64,000 nt of DNA from an uncultured SAR86 cluster bacterium. GTDB lineage: Bacteria > Pseudomonadota > Gammaproteobacteria > Magnimaribacterales > D2472. The position numbers and the translations under genes were made by a program. Under the pieces are notes generated by a model. That model was given only the letters and a program-made list of their open reading frames with translations. It ran no database searches and was not told the origin of the DNA. The first letter of the stretch is position 1; each line of letters starts with the position of its first letter. Location of the stretch: contig CACKPV010000001.1 of assembly GCA_902602185.1 (NCBI GenBank), positions 170,827 through 234,826 of the forward strand, in the 5' to 3' direction. This document shows positions 53,774-63,436 of the stretch, in pieces.

Positions 53774-53821
53774 CACCTCAGGTCCCTTTTTTTTAGTGTT
53801 CCAAAATGGTGTGTTATTAAA

Positions 53822-53834
53822 AAGTTGTTGATTT
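53822..53834 (-). promoter_or_regulatory. IHF-like binding site next to the putative att core
   Basis: Minus strand reads AATCAACAACTT, close to the IHF consensus WATCAANNNNTTR with the last base mismatched. Confidence 0.3.
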
Positions 53835-53845
53835 ATCCTAATCTT

Positions 53846-54046
53846 TTAAATTTCTTTGAATCTCCCATCAAAGAATTCATTTTGTTCTCTAATCCAAACA
53901 TAACTATCCTCTTTGCTTGCATAGACAACAAAAAGATCTCCTGTTAAACCCTCAGATTCTAAATGAGCATTAACAGCTAGAACTTTATAGTTCCCACCAG
54001 ATTTTTTATGTTGAAAAATTTTTCCTATTTTTGTCTCAATATTCAT
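53846..54046 (-). CDS. DUF1653 family small protein
   Basis: G.IFQHKK.G..YKVL...H.ES...VVY......WIRE..EFF.GRF pattern. Confidence 0.8.
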   Translation of the reverse strand: MNIETKIGKIFQHKKSGGNYKVLAVNAHLESEGLTGDLFVVYASKEDSYVWIREQNEFFDGRFKEI

Positions 54047-54111
54047 TTGTTTACTTTTTGCCTCTTTAAAAAAATTGAATTATATTGTAAAAAAAAAATT
54101 ATAGAGGAATT

Positions 54112-54522
54112 ATGAATATAAAAGAAAAAGTCCTAGAGGTTGCTTTAGCATATGCTACTGAAAAGATGCTTGATGATACAGAAATAGCGTAATCAAGTTT
54201 TGGTGAATTTAATTTTTCTGTAAATTTATATACAAAAGATGGTGATCATCTTTTTGATACTTATATCTATGTTGACTGTAAGAATGAAAACTGTTGTGCG
54301 ATAGATAATTATAATAGTGGAGATATTTCAGTAATAGAACAGTATGTTGAATATGAGTTTAACAATCTAGCAAGCTGGGCTTCTGAAATATCAGCAGCAA
54401 CTATTGAAGAATCAGATGGCATACTTAATCAATCAGCTGAAGTTTTAGATATGAGTAAATCTTCAATCGTTTCTAATTTTGGCAATGAAATTACCTATAG
54501 TTTTGATGAGGTAGTTGAATAA
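54112..54522 (+). pseudogene. Acidic hypothetical protein (136 codons) interrupted by an in-frame TAA at codon 27
   Basis: GAGG RBS at 54104-54107, ATG at 54112, TAA at 54190-54192; the same frame then stays open for 109 codons to TAA at 54520-54522, 1 bp from the guaA stop. Confidence 0.7.
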
Positions 54523-54523
54523 A

Positions 54524-56101
54524 CTACTCCCACTCAATAGTAGCAGGTGGCTTGCCAGAAATATCATAAACTACCCTACTCACTTCTTCTATTTCGTTCA
54601 CAATCCTTCGAGAAACTAGATCAAGAAATTCATGAGGTAATTGAGCCCAGTTGGCAGTCATAAAATCAACTGTTTCCACTGCCCTAAGAGCAATTACCTC
54701 GGAGTAACGTCTTTCGTCACCTACAACACCAACAGACTTTATGGGAAGAAATACTGCAAATGCCTGGCTGACTGAATTATAGAGATCTGCCTTATGCAGT
54801 TCTTCTATGAAAATAGCATCTGCTTCTTGTAGAATCATGATTTTTTGTTTGCAAATGGATCCTAGAATTCTTACACCCAGTCCAGGTCCTGGAAATGGAT
54901 GGCGATTAAGTATTGTTTCAGGAAGATCGAGTTTTGCTCCAAGCTTTCGGACCTCATCTTTGAAAAGATCGCGTAGAGGTTCAACTAACTGAAGTTTCAT
55001 TTCCTCAGGCAACCCTCCGACATTATGGTGGGATTTAATGACTCTAGCCTCTTTTGATTCCGATATTGAAGATTCAATAACATCAGGATAAATCGTTCCT
55101 TGAGCTAAGAAGGATATATTCTCTAGTTTGGTAGCCTCTGCATCAAAAACATCAATAAATGTTCTTCCAATAACTTTTCTTTTTTGTTCCGGGTCCTCAA
55201 CACCCTTTAAGTGCCGTAAAAAGGTTTCCTGCGCATCAGCTTTGATCACATTGAGTTGCATTTGACTCTCAAAAGTATCCATGACTTCATCAGCCTCACC
55301 CTTACGAAGCAAACCATTATCAACAAAAACACAAACCAATTGTTCTCCAATTGCTTTGGAAAGTAATGCTGCTGTCACTGATGAATCTACTCCTCCAGAC
55401 AAGCCAAGTAATACTTTTGAATTACCAGTTTGTTCTCTTATTTCTGCGATGCGATTCTCAATCAGATGCTGCATTTGCCAATCTTTATTGCAATGGCACA
55501 CTTCGACAATAAAATTCTCAAGAATATTTTGTCCCTCTTCTGTATGCGTTACTTCAGGATGAAATTGCAGAGCATAAATAGGCTTGCTTGCATGTTCCAT
55601 CATTACAATATTAGAAGTTTCAGTGGAGCCAATCAATTTAAAATCTTTAGGTAGAGAAGACACGCAATCACCATGGCTCATCCATACTTTCAAAATGCTC
55701 TCATTAATATTTTTTAATAATATTGATTGCTCTTGAATAGTCACTTCAGCAAAGCCAAATTCTTTTTTATCTGAGGAAATGACTTGACCTCCGAATTGCT
55801 CTGCTAAAGTCTGCATCCCATAACAAATACCTAAAATTGGTATGTCCAACTCAAAAATAACTTCTGGAATCCTGGGGGTATGTTGTTGAGTAACAGACTC
55901 TGGACCTCCAGAAAGAATGACTCCTTTGGGTTGAAGGTTTCTGATCATATTTGGATCAATATCCCAAGGCAAAATTTCAGAATAAATTTCTAACTCTCTA
56001 ATACGACGCGCAATTAGCTGTGTATATTGAGATCCAAAATCTAAAACTAAAACGGTATCAATGTTTTTGTTATCTAACTTAAGTTGAAAATCAGACACCA
56101 T
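54524..56101 (-). CDS. guaA: GMP synthase (glutamine-hydrolysing)
   Basis: [40 protein letters not shown]. Confidence 0.99.
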   Translation of the reverse strand: MVSDFQLKLDNKNIDTVLVLDFGSQYTQLIARRIRELEIYSEILPWDIDPNMIRNLQPKGVILSGGPESVTQQHTPRIPEVIFELDIPILGICYGMQTLAEQFGGQVISSDKKEFGFAEVTIQEQSILLKNINESILKVWMSHGDCVSSLPKDFKLIGSTETSNIVMMEHASKPIYALQFHPEVTHTEEGQNILENFIVEVCHCNKDWQMQHLIENRIAEIREQTGNSKVLLGLSGGVDSSVTAALLSKAIGEQLVCVFVDNGLLRKGEADEVMDTFESQMQLNVIKADAQETFLRHLKGVEDPEQKRKVIGRTFIDVFDAEATKLENISFLAQGTIYPDVIESSISESKEARVIKSHHNVGGLPEEMKLQLVEPLRDLFKDEVRKLGAKLDLPETILNRHPFPGPGLGVRILGSICKQKIMILQEADAIFIEELHKADLYNSVSQAFAVFLPIKSVGVVGDERRYSEVIALRAVETVDFMTANWAQLPHEFLDLVSRRIVNEIEEVSRVVYDISGKPPATIEWE

Positions 56102-56106
56102 AATGG

Positions 56107-57573
56107 CTAGCTGCGTTGATAATTAGGAGCTTCTTTGGTGATTTGAACATCATGCACATGGCTTTCTGCCATGCCAGCATTAGTAATTTCCACGAATTTA
56201 CTATCCTCTTGCATTGCGGTGATTGTCTTGCAACCTACGTACCCCATACTTTGACGCAAACCACCAACTAGTTGATTAATTACACTGATCACCCAACCTT
56301 TATAGGGGACTCTCCCTTCGACACCCTCAGGGACTAATTTATCTGGTGCTATGCCCTCTTGCATGTATCGGTTAGAGTCGTCTTGTTTTGCCATAGCCGC
56401 AATTGAACCCATGCCTCGATAAGTTTTAAAACTTCGCCCTTGATATAATTCAATTTCTCCTGGAGCCTCCTCAGTACCAGCAAAAATACTTCCCAACATT
56501 ACCGCATCTGCTCCAGCTGCAATAGCTTTAGCAATATCTCCTGAATACCTCATGCCCCCATCAGCAATTAAGGGCACTTGACCCTTAATAGCCTCTTTGA
56601 TTTCCAAAATTGCTGAAATTTGGGGGACTCCAATTCCAGCAACAATCCTAGTTGTACAAATAGATCCTGGGCCCATCCCAATTTTAATGCTATCTGCTCC
56701 AGCCTCTAATAAAGCTTTTGCCCCATCAGCTGAAGCAACATTACCAGCAATCACATCCTGATTCGGAAAATTTTTCTTAATTATCTTGACGGTATCTATT
56801 ACATTTTGTGAATGCCCATGAGCACTATCAATCACAAACACATCTACTCCAGCATCTGCTAAAGCTTGAGCTCTCTCAAGGGTATCTGCTCCTGTCCCAA
56901 TAGCAGCACCCACCATTAACTGTCCTTGATCATCCCGTGTTGCATCTGGATACTGTGCAGATTTTTCGATGTCCTTCATCGTAACTAAACCGCATAACTG
57001 ATCATCTTTATCAATGACTAATATCTTCTCAATTCTATTTTCATACATTAATTTTTTAACATCCTCTTGGGGAGTATTCTCAAAAACTGTAATTAACTTG
57101 TCTCTTGGAGTCATAATCGATTGAACGTCTGCCCCCATGTCATCGGCATATCGAAAATCTCTACTAGTAACGATTCCTTTAAGTTGACCATCATCCACAA
57201 CAGGCATACCGGAAATATTTAACTCTTCTGTCAAGTCTTTAAGTTCTTTAATCGTTCTTGTTGATCTTATGGTGCTGGGGTCACGAACGACTCCACTTTC
57301 ATATTTTTTTACTTGCTTAACAGCATTTGCCTGCTCTGCAATAGAGCAATTCTTATGTAAAACCCCAAAACCTCCTGCTTCAGCCTGAGCAATTGCCATT
57401 CTAGCCTCTGTCACAGTATCCATTGCTGCTGAGACTAAGGGTAACTTTAATTCAATATTGGTAGAAAGTTTCGTGGTTAATGAGACTTCACTGGGAAGGA
57501 AATTACTGTAGGCAGGGATGAGTAAAACATCATCGAAGGTAAGTGCCTTATACTTTACTTTGTCTTGGTCCAT
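56107..57573 (-). CDS. guaB: IMP dehydrogenase
   Basis: [19 protein letters not shown] pair, [22 protein letters not shown]. Confidence 0.99.
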   Translation of the reverse strand: MDQDKVKYKALTFDDVLLIPAYSNFLPSEVSLTTKLSTNIELKLPLVSAAMDTVTEARMAIAQAEAGGFGVLHKNCSIAEQANAVKQVKKYESGVVRDPSTIRSTRTIKELKDLTEELNISGMPVVDDGQLKGIVTSRDFRYADDMGADVQSIMTPRDKLITVFENTPQEDVKKLMYENRIEKILVIDKDDQLCGLVTMKDIEKSAQYPDATRDDQGQLMVGAAIGTGADTLERAQALADAGVDVFVIDSAHGHSQNVIDTVKIIKKNFPNQDVIAGNVASADGAKALLEAGADSIKIGMGPGSICTTRIVAGIGVPQISAILEIKEAIKGQVPLIADGGMRYSGDIAKAIAAGADAVMLGSIFAGTEEAPGEIELYQGRSFKTYRGMGSIAAMAKQDDSNRYMQEGIAPDKLVPEGVEGRVPYKGWVISVINQLVGGLRQSMGYVGCKTITAMQEDSKFVEITNAGMAESHVHDVQITKEAPNYQRS

Positions 57574-57618
57574 GCGAAAGTATAACAAAAGAAGTTTGAG
57601 AAAAAAACAGACTGACCG

Positions 57619-57957
57619 TTAAGTTGAATACAGTTGATCGGTCTTGGCCGCACAAATAAAATCATTTTTATGCAGTCCCTGAATCTTATGAGACCACCAC
57701 AAAACTGTTACCTTGCCCCACTCTAAAATAATTTGAGGGTGATGATCTTCTCTATCAGCCATTTGAGCAATCTTGTTTGTAAATTCAATTGCTGCTGCAT
57801 AATCTTTAAAATCGAAAACTTTTTGGAGTTGCTCGCATTCATGATTGATAATAGACCAATCCGTTATTTGATCAAGAAAATCAATTTTTTCAGCATCTGT
57901 AACTTTTGGGGCATCTATCGTACAAGCTTCACAAGTTTTCTTTTCTAATGACTCCAT
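57619..57957 (-). CDS. phhB: Pterin-4-alpha-carbinolamine dehydratase
   Basis: CEAC, F.F.DY, EDHHP, WWSHKI.GLH.NDFI.AAKTD. Confidence 0.93.
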   Translation of the reverse strand: MESLEKKTCEACTIDAPKVTDAEKIDFLDQITDWSIINHECEQLQKVFDFKDYAAAIEFTNKIAQMADREDHHPQIILEWGKVTVLWWSHKIQGLHKNDFICAAKTDQLYST

Positions 57958-57959
57958 AA

Positions 57960-59351
57960 TTACTTCGACAATCCTCCTTTGGTGAGTTTTACAGGATCTA
58001 AAAGTTTCTTTAGTTTTGCTTCTGATAAATCAGTTTGTTCAAGTGCGACATCAATAATTGCTCGACCTTGAGCATATGCTTGCTTTGCAATAGCAGCCGC
58101 TTTCTTGTAACCGATAACTGGATTCAGTGCAGTCACTAAAATAGGATTGCGTGCAAGGGATGCTTCAATATTTTTCTTATTTATTTTTAATGTTCTAATT
58201 CCTTTCCTTGCAAGTACATTCATACTGCCTGCTAAAATGTTTACACTTTTGAGATTACAATATGCAATAACAGGCATCATTACATTTAATTGAAAGCTAC
58301 CTGACTGGGCTGCGACGGTAACAGTTACATCATTACCAATCACATCGGCGCCTGCCATAGCTACTGCTTCGGGGATTACCGGATTGACTTTTCCAGGCAT
58401 GATGCTGCTGCCTGGTTGAAGAGCTTGCAATTCAACCTCCGCAATACCTGCAAGGGGCCCACTATTCATCCAACGTAAATCATTGGATATTTTCATCAAA
58501 ATTACGGCAAGATTTTTGAGTTCTCCCGAAAGTTGAACAGATAAATCTTGTGAACTTAGGTTCCTAAAGTAATCATTGCTTGTTTCAGCTTTGAAACCCA
58601 CTAAAGGAGAAATAGCTTTGCAAAATTCACGAGCAAATCTTGGGTGTGCATTAATGCCAGTGCCAACTGCCGTGCCACCCTGTGGCAAAAAACGCAGTGC
58701 ATCAAGTACTGTTATGAGAGATGCCCTAGCATTAAGCAATTGCGAATTCCATGCACCTAACTCTTGGTCAATGGTTAAAGGCATAGCATCCATGAGGTGC
58801 GTTCTGCCTGTTTTCACAACCCCATGGTATTGTACAATTTTTTTTGCAATAGTATCGATAAGCAAATCCATGGCAGGCATAAGTTTTTCTGCAGTATCAA
58901 CGTAATAAGCACAATGCATTGCCGTGGGAATGACATCGTTAGAGCTTTGGCTCATATTGACATCATCATTGGGATTAATGTCCAATTTAGAGTATTTTGA
59001 TGCAAGATTTGCAATAACCTCATTAGCATTCATATTAGTGCTGGTTCCCGAGCCAGTTTGAAAGACATCAATAGGAAATTGTTTCCCATGCTTATTTTGC
59101 CAGACTTCTTTTGCCGCTTTTGAAATTGCTCTTTGCTTGTTGGTCGGTAGTAACTTTAATTTATTATTTGCGCGAGCTGCAGCATCTTTAATCTTCCCCA
59201 ACACTTGAATGAAAGTTGGAGTAAAGGGAAAATTCATACTTATTCCACTAATTGGGAAATTATCTACAGCCCTTTGAGTTTGTGCTCCCCAGAGTGCCCC
59301 TCTCGGGACCTTCACTTTTCCCAGGGTATCTTCTTCAATACGATATTTCAT
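57960..59351 (-). CDS. fumC: Class II fumarate hydratase
   Basis: QTGSGTSTNMNANEV, GRTHLMDA, GSSIMPGKVNP. Confidence 0.96.
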   Translation of the reverse strand: MKYRIEEDTLGKVKVPRGALWGAQTQRAVDNFPISGISMNFPFTPTFIQVLGKIKDAAARANNKLKLLPTNKQRAISKAAKEVWQNKHGKQFPIDVFQTGSGTSTNMNANEVIANLASKYSKLDINPNDDVNMSQSSNDVIPTAMHCAYYVDTAEKLMPAMDLLIDTIAKKIVQYHGVVKTGRTHLMDAMPLTIDQELGAWNSQLLNARASLITVLDALRFLPQGGTAVGTGINAHPRFAREFCKAISPLVGFKAETSNDYFRNLSSQDLSVQLSGELKNLAVILMKISNDLRWMNSGPLAGIAEVELQALQPGSSIMPGKVNPVIPEAVAMAGADVIGNDVTVTVAAQSGSFQLNVMMPVIAYCNLKSVNILAGSMNVLARKGIRTLKINKKNIEASLARNPILVTALNPVIGYKKAAAIAKQAYAQGRAIIDVALEQTDLSEAKLKKLLDPVKLTKGGLSK

Positions 59352-59408
59352 AAATAGTATTTTTTATGTAAACTATTTTACACCTTTAAAAAAGTATTTG
59401 GAGAAGAA

Positions 59409-60218
59409 ATGGGAAAAGTCACACCACTTAGAATTGATACCAACAAGGGCAAACTTCCAGTTAAACAAAAAGGATTAGAAATGAAAGAATTTGCCAGTGT
59501 TGATGAGCTTCGACGTGATCAATTAGAAAAATTAGCAGCAGGTTTTCGCCTGTTTGCTCATTTTGGTTTTAATGAAGGAGTTGCTGGGCATATTACCTAT
59601 AGAGATCCCGAATTCCCTGATCACTTTTGGGTGAATCCTTTAGGAGTCCATTTTTCGCAAATTTCCGTATCTGATTTAATACTTGTAAATCATGATGGAG
59701 AAGTCATTCAAGGAGATAAAGCTGTGAATGTGGCTGCATTTGCAATCCATTCAAGACTTCACAAAGCAAGACCTGATGTCAATGCTGCAGCGCACTCACA
59801 CAGTATTTATGGCAGAACTTTTTCTACATTGGGAAAACTTCTCGATCCTATCTCCCAAGATGCTTGTGCTTTTTATGAAAGGCAGGGAATTTATAAAGAT
59901 TTTTCAGGTGTTGTAGAGGAAGTTGATGAAGGTGATCTAATCGCAGAAGCTCTTGGAGATAATTCAGTTATTATTTTACAAAATCATGGAATACTAACTA
60001 CAGGCTCATCCGTCGATATAGCTTTATGGTTTTACATGTCAATGGAGAGATGTTGTCAGGCACAACTGATGGCTGATGCTGCTGGAAAACCAGAGTTGAT
60101 ACCGCATGATGTTGCAGTTAAAACTAGATCTTTTATTGCTAACGATGTTGCAGCATGGGCAAGTTACCAACCTGCCTATGACATGATTATCAAACAATCT
60201 CCAGACTTACTCGACTAA
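59409..60218 (+). CDS. Class II aldolase/adducin family protein
   Basis: EGVAGHIT.RDP, AFAIHS..H, AAHSHS, LQNHG metal-binding histidines. Confidence 0.92.
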   Translation: MGKVTPLRIDTNKGKLPVKQKGLEMKEFASVDELRRDQLEKLAAGFRLFAHFGFNEGVAGHITYRDPEFPDHFWVNPLGVHFSQISVSDLILVNHDGEVIQGDKAVNVAAFAIHSRLHKARPDVNAAAHSHSIYGRTFSTLGKLLDPISQDACAFYERQGIYKDFSGVVEEVDEGDLIAEALGDNSVIILQNHGILTTGSSVDIALWFYMSMERCCQAQLMADAAGKPELIPHDVAVKTRSFIANDVAAWASYQPAYDMIIKQSPDLLD

Positions 60219-61634
60219 AGCACCGATAACTGCTTTGGTTTCTAGGCATTCTTCAAGCCCGTGAGCACCATGCTCTCTCCCATTTCCTGAGGTTTTATAT
60301 CCTCCAAATGGCGCCGAGCGCACTCGTGCTCCTTTATTAATAGTAATTTGTCCTGCTCTTATTTTAGATGCAACTTCTAATGCATGATCATGTTCTCCTT
60401 GCACATATCCTGCAAGCCCGTAGGGAGTGTCATTTGCTATTTGAATAGCTTCATCTTCATTTTCATATTTGATGAGGCATAAAACAGGGCCAAAGATCTC
60501 TTCCTGAGCAATGGTCATATCATTTGTTACATCAGCAAAGATAGTAGGTTTAACAAAATACCCATCTGTACAACCCTCAGGCAACCCAAGACCACCAGCA
60601 GCTACTGTAGCTCCTTCATCAATACCAACCTGAATTAAACGTTGAACTTTTTCAAATTGAGCTTTGTTGGAAATTGGACCCATCTTAGTATCGGCATCAA
60701 ATGGATCACCAACTTTCATTGCATTTGCAGTTGCCGATGCAATTTCTACTGCCTTATCATAGTTTTTAGAGGATACCAGCATTCTTGTCGGTGCATTACA
60801 TGATTGACCAGTATTTAAAAAACAACTGGAGACACCAGCAGCAACAGCTTTTTCAATGTCAGCATCGTCTAAAATAATGTTGGCAGACTTTCCACCCAAC
60901 TCTTGAGTCACTCTTTTGACGGTAGCTGCAGATGCTTGAGCTACTGCAACCCCTGCTCTCGTTGAACCGGTAAAATGCATCATATCTGTGTCTTTGTGAG
61001 CAGAAAGAGCAGCTCCGACAACTGGACCCATACCATTAACTAAATTAAACATGCCTTTTGGGGCACCTGATGCATCAATAATTTCGGCTAAGATGATGGC
61101 ACAAAATGGTGTTATTTCACTAGGTTTAAGGACCATAGTACAGCCTGCAGCAATTGCTGATGCAACTTTGGTACTCATCTGGTTCATTGGCCAGTTCCAC
61201 GGTGTGATCATTCCAATAACTCCAATGGGTTCTTTACGAACTAAGTAACCATCTTTTTCGAATTCAAAATCAAACTCTTTTAACACTCTCAAAGTATCTT
61301 TGAAATGAGTTAAACCAGAAGCAACTTGAGCTACCTGAGACAACCATAAGGGTGCTCCCATTTCTGAAGAGATAGTGGATGCCAGTTCATCTGCACGAGC
61401 TTCATACTCATTAATAATATTTTCTAAGATGGTGATTCTTTCTTCTTTGGTTGAAAATTGAAAAGATTGAAAGCAATCTTTGGCTGCTGCTACAGCTAAA
61501 TCTACGTCATCTGCAGTGCTAGCAGCAACAACTCCCATGACCGAGTCATCTGACGGGTTCATTACTTCTATAATCTCTGAAGATTGAGCGTCTATCCAAG
61601 CTCCATTAATATAATTTTGCGTTTTTTCTATCAT
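60207..61634 (-). CDS. Aldehyde dehydrogenase family protein
   Basis: ITPWNWP, LKPSE, FTGS, ELGGKS, GQSC, EEIFGP, PFGGYK.SGNGRE. Confidence 0.95.
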   Translation of the reverse strand: MIEKTQNYINGAWIDAQSSEIIEVMNPSDDSVMGVVAASTADDVDLAVAAAKDCFQSFQFSTKEERITILENIINEYEARADELASTISSEMGAPLWLSQVAQVASGLTHFKDTLRVLKEFDFEFEKDGYLVRKEPIGVIGMITPWNWPMNQMSTKVASAIAAGCTMVLKPSEITPFCAIILAEIIDASGAPKGMFNLVNGMGPVVGAALSAHKDTDMMHFTGSTRAGVAVAQASAATVKRVTQELGGKSANIILDDADIEKAVAAGVSSCFLNTGQSCNAPTRMLVSSKNYDKAVEIASATANAMKVGDPFDADTKMGPISNKAQFEKVQRLIQVGIDEGATVAAGGLGLPEGCTDGYFVKPTIFADVTNDMTIAQEEIFGPVLCLIKYENEDEAIQIANDTPYGLAGYVQGEHDHALEVASKIRAGQITINKGARVRSAPFGGYKTSGNGREHGAHGLEECLETKAVIGALVE

Positions 61635-61686
61635 AAATTAGTCCTATTTTGTATGGATTATAACCCATTATTTTTTTGAGTCGAAA

Positions 61687-62685
61687 TCACAACTGTATTT
61701 TTTCTATTATACTTTTCACCAGCTGTTTCTGCACTCCTTCTATTAATGCTGAAGAATTTTTTCTATTGAAATCTAGACTAATTATTGCTTCCATTGACGA
61801 TCGTGACATAAATCCCCTATTAAGATAATGTTGAATTTGATTGTCATATCTTGAAGGACTATTAATTACTTTGGGGTAAATCGTAGTGACTAGGTTTCCA
61901 CTGGAAATTGCTTCGGATATCATCATGGCACTATCTTCAGTCACCATAATATGCTGAGCAGATCCAAAAAGTTTTGCTAAATCAGCATTAGCTCCACCCC
62001 GATGGAACCAAATACTGTGTTCTGAAATTTGTTTAATATTCTGAAAAAAAAGGTTTTCAACTTTTGGATCGGTTCTTCTCGATGTGACACATAGTATTTC
62101 ATTTTTTGAATGTTTGGAAAATTCATTAATGTTATCTATGAATCTTTCATACTCTGTGAAAGAATAAGTATACCCAATACCATCACCTCCAATGAGCAAT
62201 AAAATAAAATCTTGTGGATGAAAATTGATACTAGCTCTGGAACAACTACTTGGAGAATATTTATTTGGAGTGATGTCAAACACAATATTACTGGGATGAT
62301 CATCAAATTTTTCAGAAGTTAAATGTACCGAAAATAATCTTGATGGAATACCCCGCGGTGAACCTAATTGAATATTAGGAATCTTATGGATCAAACCAAC
62401 AGCAGCATTTAATGCCATAGTATTTCCACCTGCTGCGACTATTAGATCAAAGTCTTGCACCATAATGGGTTTAAACAATCCTTGAATCAAGTTTGCGGTA
62501 AAAGTATTTAAAAATCTGCAGAGAAAACGAATAAAAATTTTTAAAGGTGATCTTAAAAAATGTATCCTCCAGGCTAATTCATGAACTTCAAATGTGCAAT
62601 TAGTTTCGTCCTGTAGCATGTGACAAATGCCAATCGATTGATTGACATGCCCTGGGATACCATCACTTAAAATTAAGATTCTCAT
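61687..62685 (-). CDS. ELM1/GtrOC1 (DUF1022) family putative glycosyltransferase
   Basis: LSDG.PGH.NQS.G, LLIGG, TSRRT, VTEDS.MMISEA. Confidence 0.88.
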   Translation of the reverse strand: MRILILSDGIPGHVNQSIGICHMLQDETNCTFEVHELAWRIHFLRSPLKIFIRFLCRFLNTFTANLIQGLFKPIMVQDFDLIVAAGGNTMALNAAVGLIHKIPNIQLGSPRGIPSRLFSVHLTSEKFDDHPSNIVFDITPNKYSPSSCSRASINFHPQDFILLLIGGDGIGYTYSFTEYERFIDNINEFSKHSKNEILCVTSRRTDPKVENLFFQNIKQISEHSIWFHRGGANADLAKLFGSAQHIMVTEDSAMMISEAISSGNLVTTIYPKVINSPSRYDNQIQHYLNRGFMSRSSMEAIISLDFNRKNSSALIEGVQKQLVKSIIEKIQL

Positions 62686-63436
62686 AGTATTTTCGATATT
62701 CAGGAAATAAGGGGTCATGCATTAGTCGAGCTTCAACCAAAGATATATCTTTTAGTTGATCCACACCAATAATTGATTTGGTAACCTCCATTGCAAGAAT
62801 ATCAATATCATTATCAAGCAGTCTCATCATGTCTATTGATTCAATAATTTCATGCTTTGAAGGTTCCAATATAATAAATTTTTTTAAGATTTCACTAGCA
62901 AACCCTATCATGCCCAACTGACGAAAGCTGACTGCTGTGTTAGTCGGAATAGAGGCTCTCGAAAAAAAATTGACGGTATTATTTTGTGTCAAAATAGCTT
63001 TGACTACATTTACATCTTGGATACCTTCATCAGTAATTGCATGAACCAAATTTATTACTGATGCTTTTGAGGTATTCATTGATGCTATGAGGTTATCAAC
63101 TACTTGGGGGTCCAACTCAGGTTCATCGCCTTGCAATAGAATTATATTTTCAAAATGTTTCTTCTGAGTTTCTAAATTTTCTAAAACCTCAGCTGCTCTT
63201 TCCGTTGCTCTTTCATGCTTTGCTGATGTCATCATGCACTCAAAGCCTAACCTCTCCCCTAATTCAAAAATTTCCGTATCAGGTGTTGCAAGAATCAGTT
63301 TGTCGATCATTTTAGCTTTTTGCGCACGATACAGACAATGCGCAATCATAGGAATACCCATTATTGGATGAAGGGGTTTGTTAGGAAATCTGGAAGAAGC
63401 TAATCTGGCAGGAATTACTCCTAAAGTCCTAGGCAT
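62663..63436 (-). CDS. KdsB-like 3-deoxy-ulosonate cytidylyltransferase
   Basis: IPARLASSRFPNKPL, LQGDEP, FSR, GVD; start placed at MPRTLG. Confidence 0.88.
   Translation of the reverse strand: MPRTLGVIPARLASSRFPNKPLHPIMGIPMIAHCLYRAQKAKMIDKLILATPDTEIFELGERLGFECMMTSAKHERATERAAEVLENLETQKKHFENIILLQGDEPELDPQVVDNLIASMNTSKASVINLVHAITDEGIQDVNVVKAILTQNNTVNFFSRASIPTNTAVSFRQLGMIGFASEILKKFIILEPSKHEIIESIDMMRLLDNDIDILAMEVTKSIIGVDQLKDISLVEARLMHDPLFPEYRKYYENLNFK

Noticed and set aside
53773-53794. ACCTCAGGT palindrome followed by a T8 run, considered as a terminator or a tRNA 3' remnant
   Set aside because: The stem is too short for an intrinsic terminator, and there is no T-arm or cloverleaf.
53795-53825. 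Possible dif (XerC/D) site: GTGTTCCAAAATGGTGTGTTATTAAAAAG
   Set aside because: No proper XerD arm (TTATGTTAAAT) at the right spacing.
47126-54522. Accessory stretch considered as a prophage, integron array or restriction-modification/defence system
   Set aside because: No integrase, structural genes, attC-like repeats or restriction endonuclease; most genes are metabolic or housekeeping.
306-61248. Many short (60-130 aa) ORFs in the track that lie antisense to or nested in long genes, e.g. 25312-25662, 29681-30076, 30212-30577, 58576-58905
   Set aside because: They overlap well-supported genes, show no recognisable motifs, and have the composition expected of shadow frames.
54524-61634. Impression of slightly higher GC in guaBA, fumC and the aldehyde dehydrogenase, suggesting foreign origin
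   Set aside because: Spot counts are comparable to conserved parts of acnB; a computed GC3 or codon analysis would be needed.
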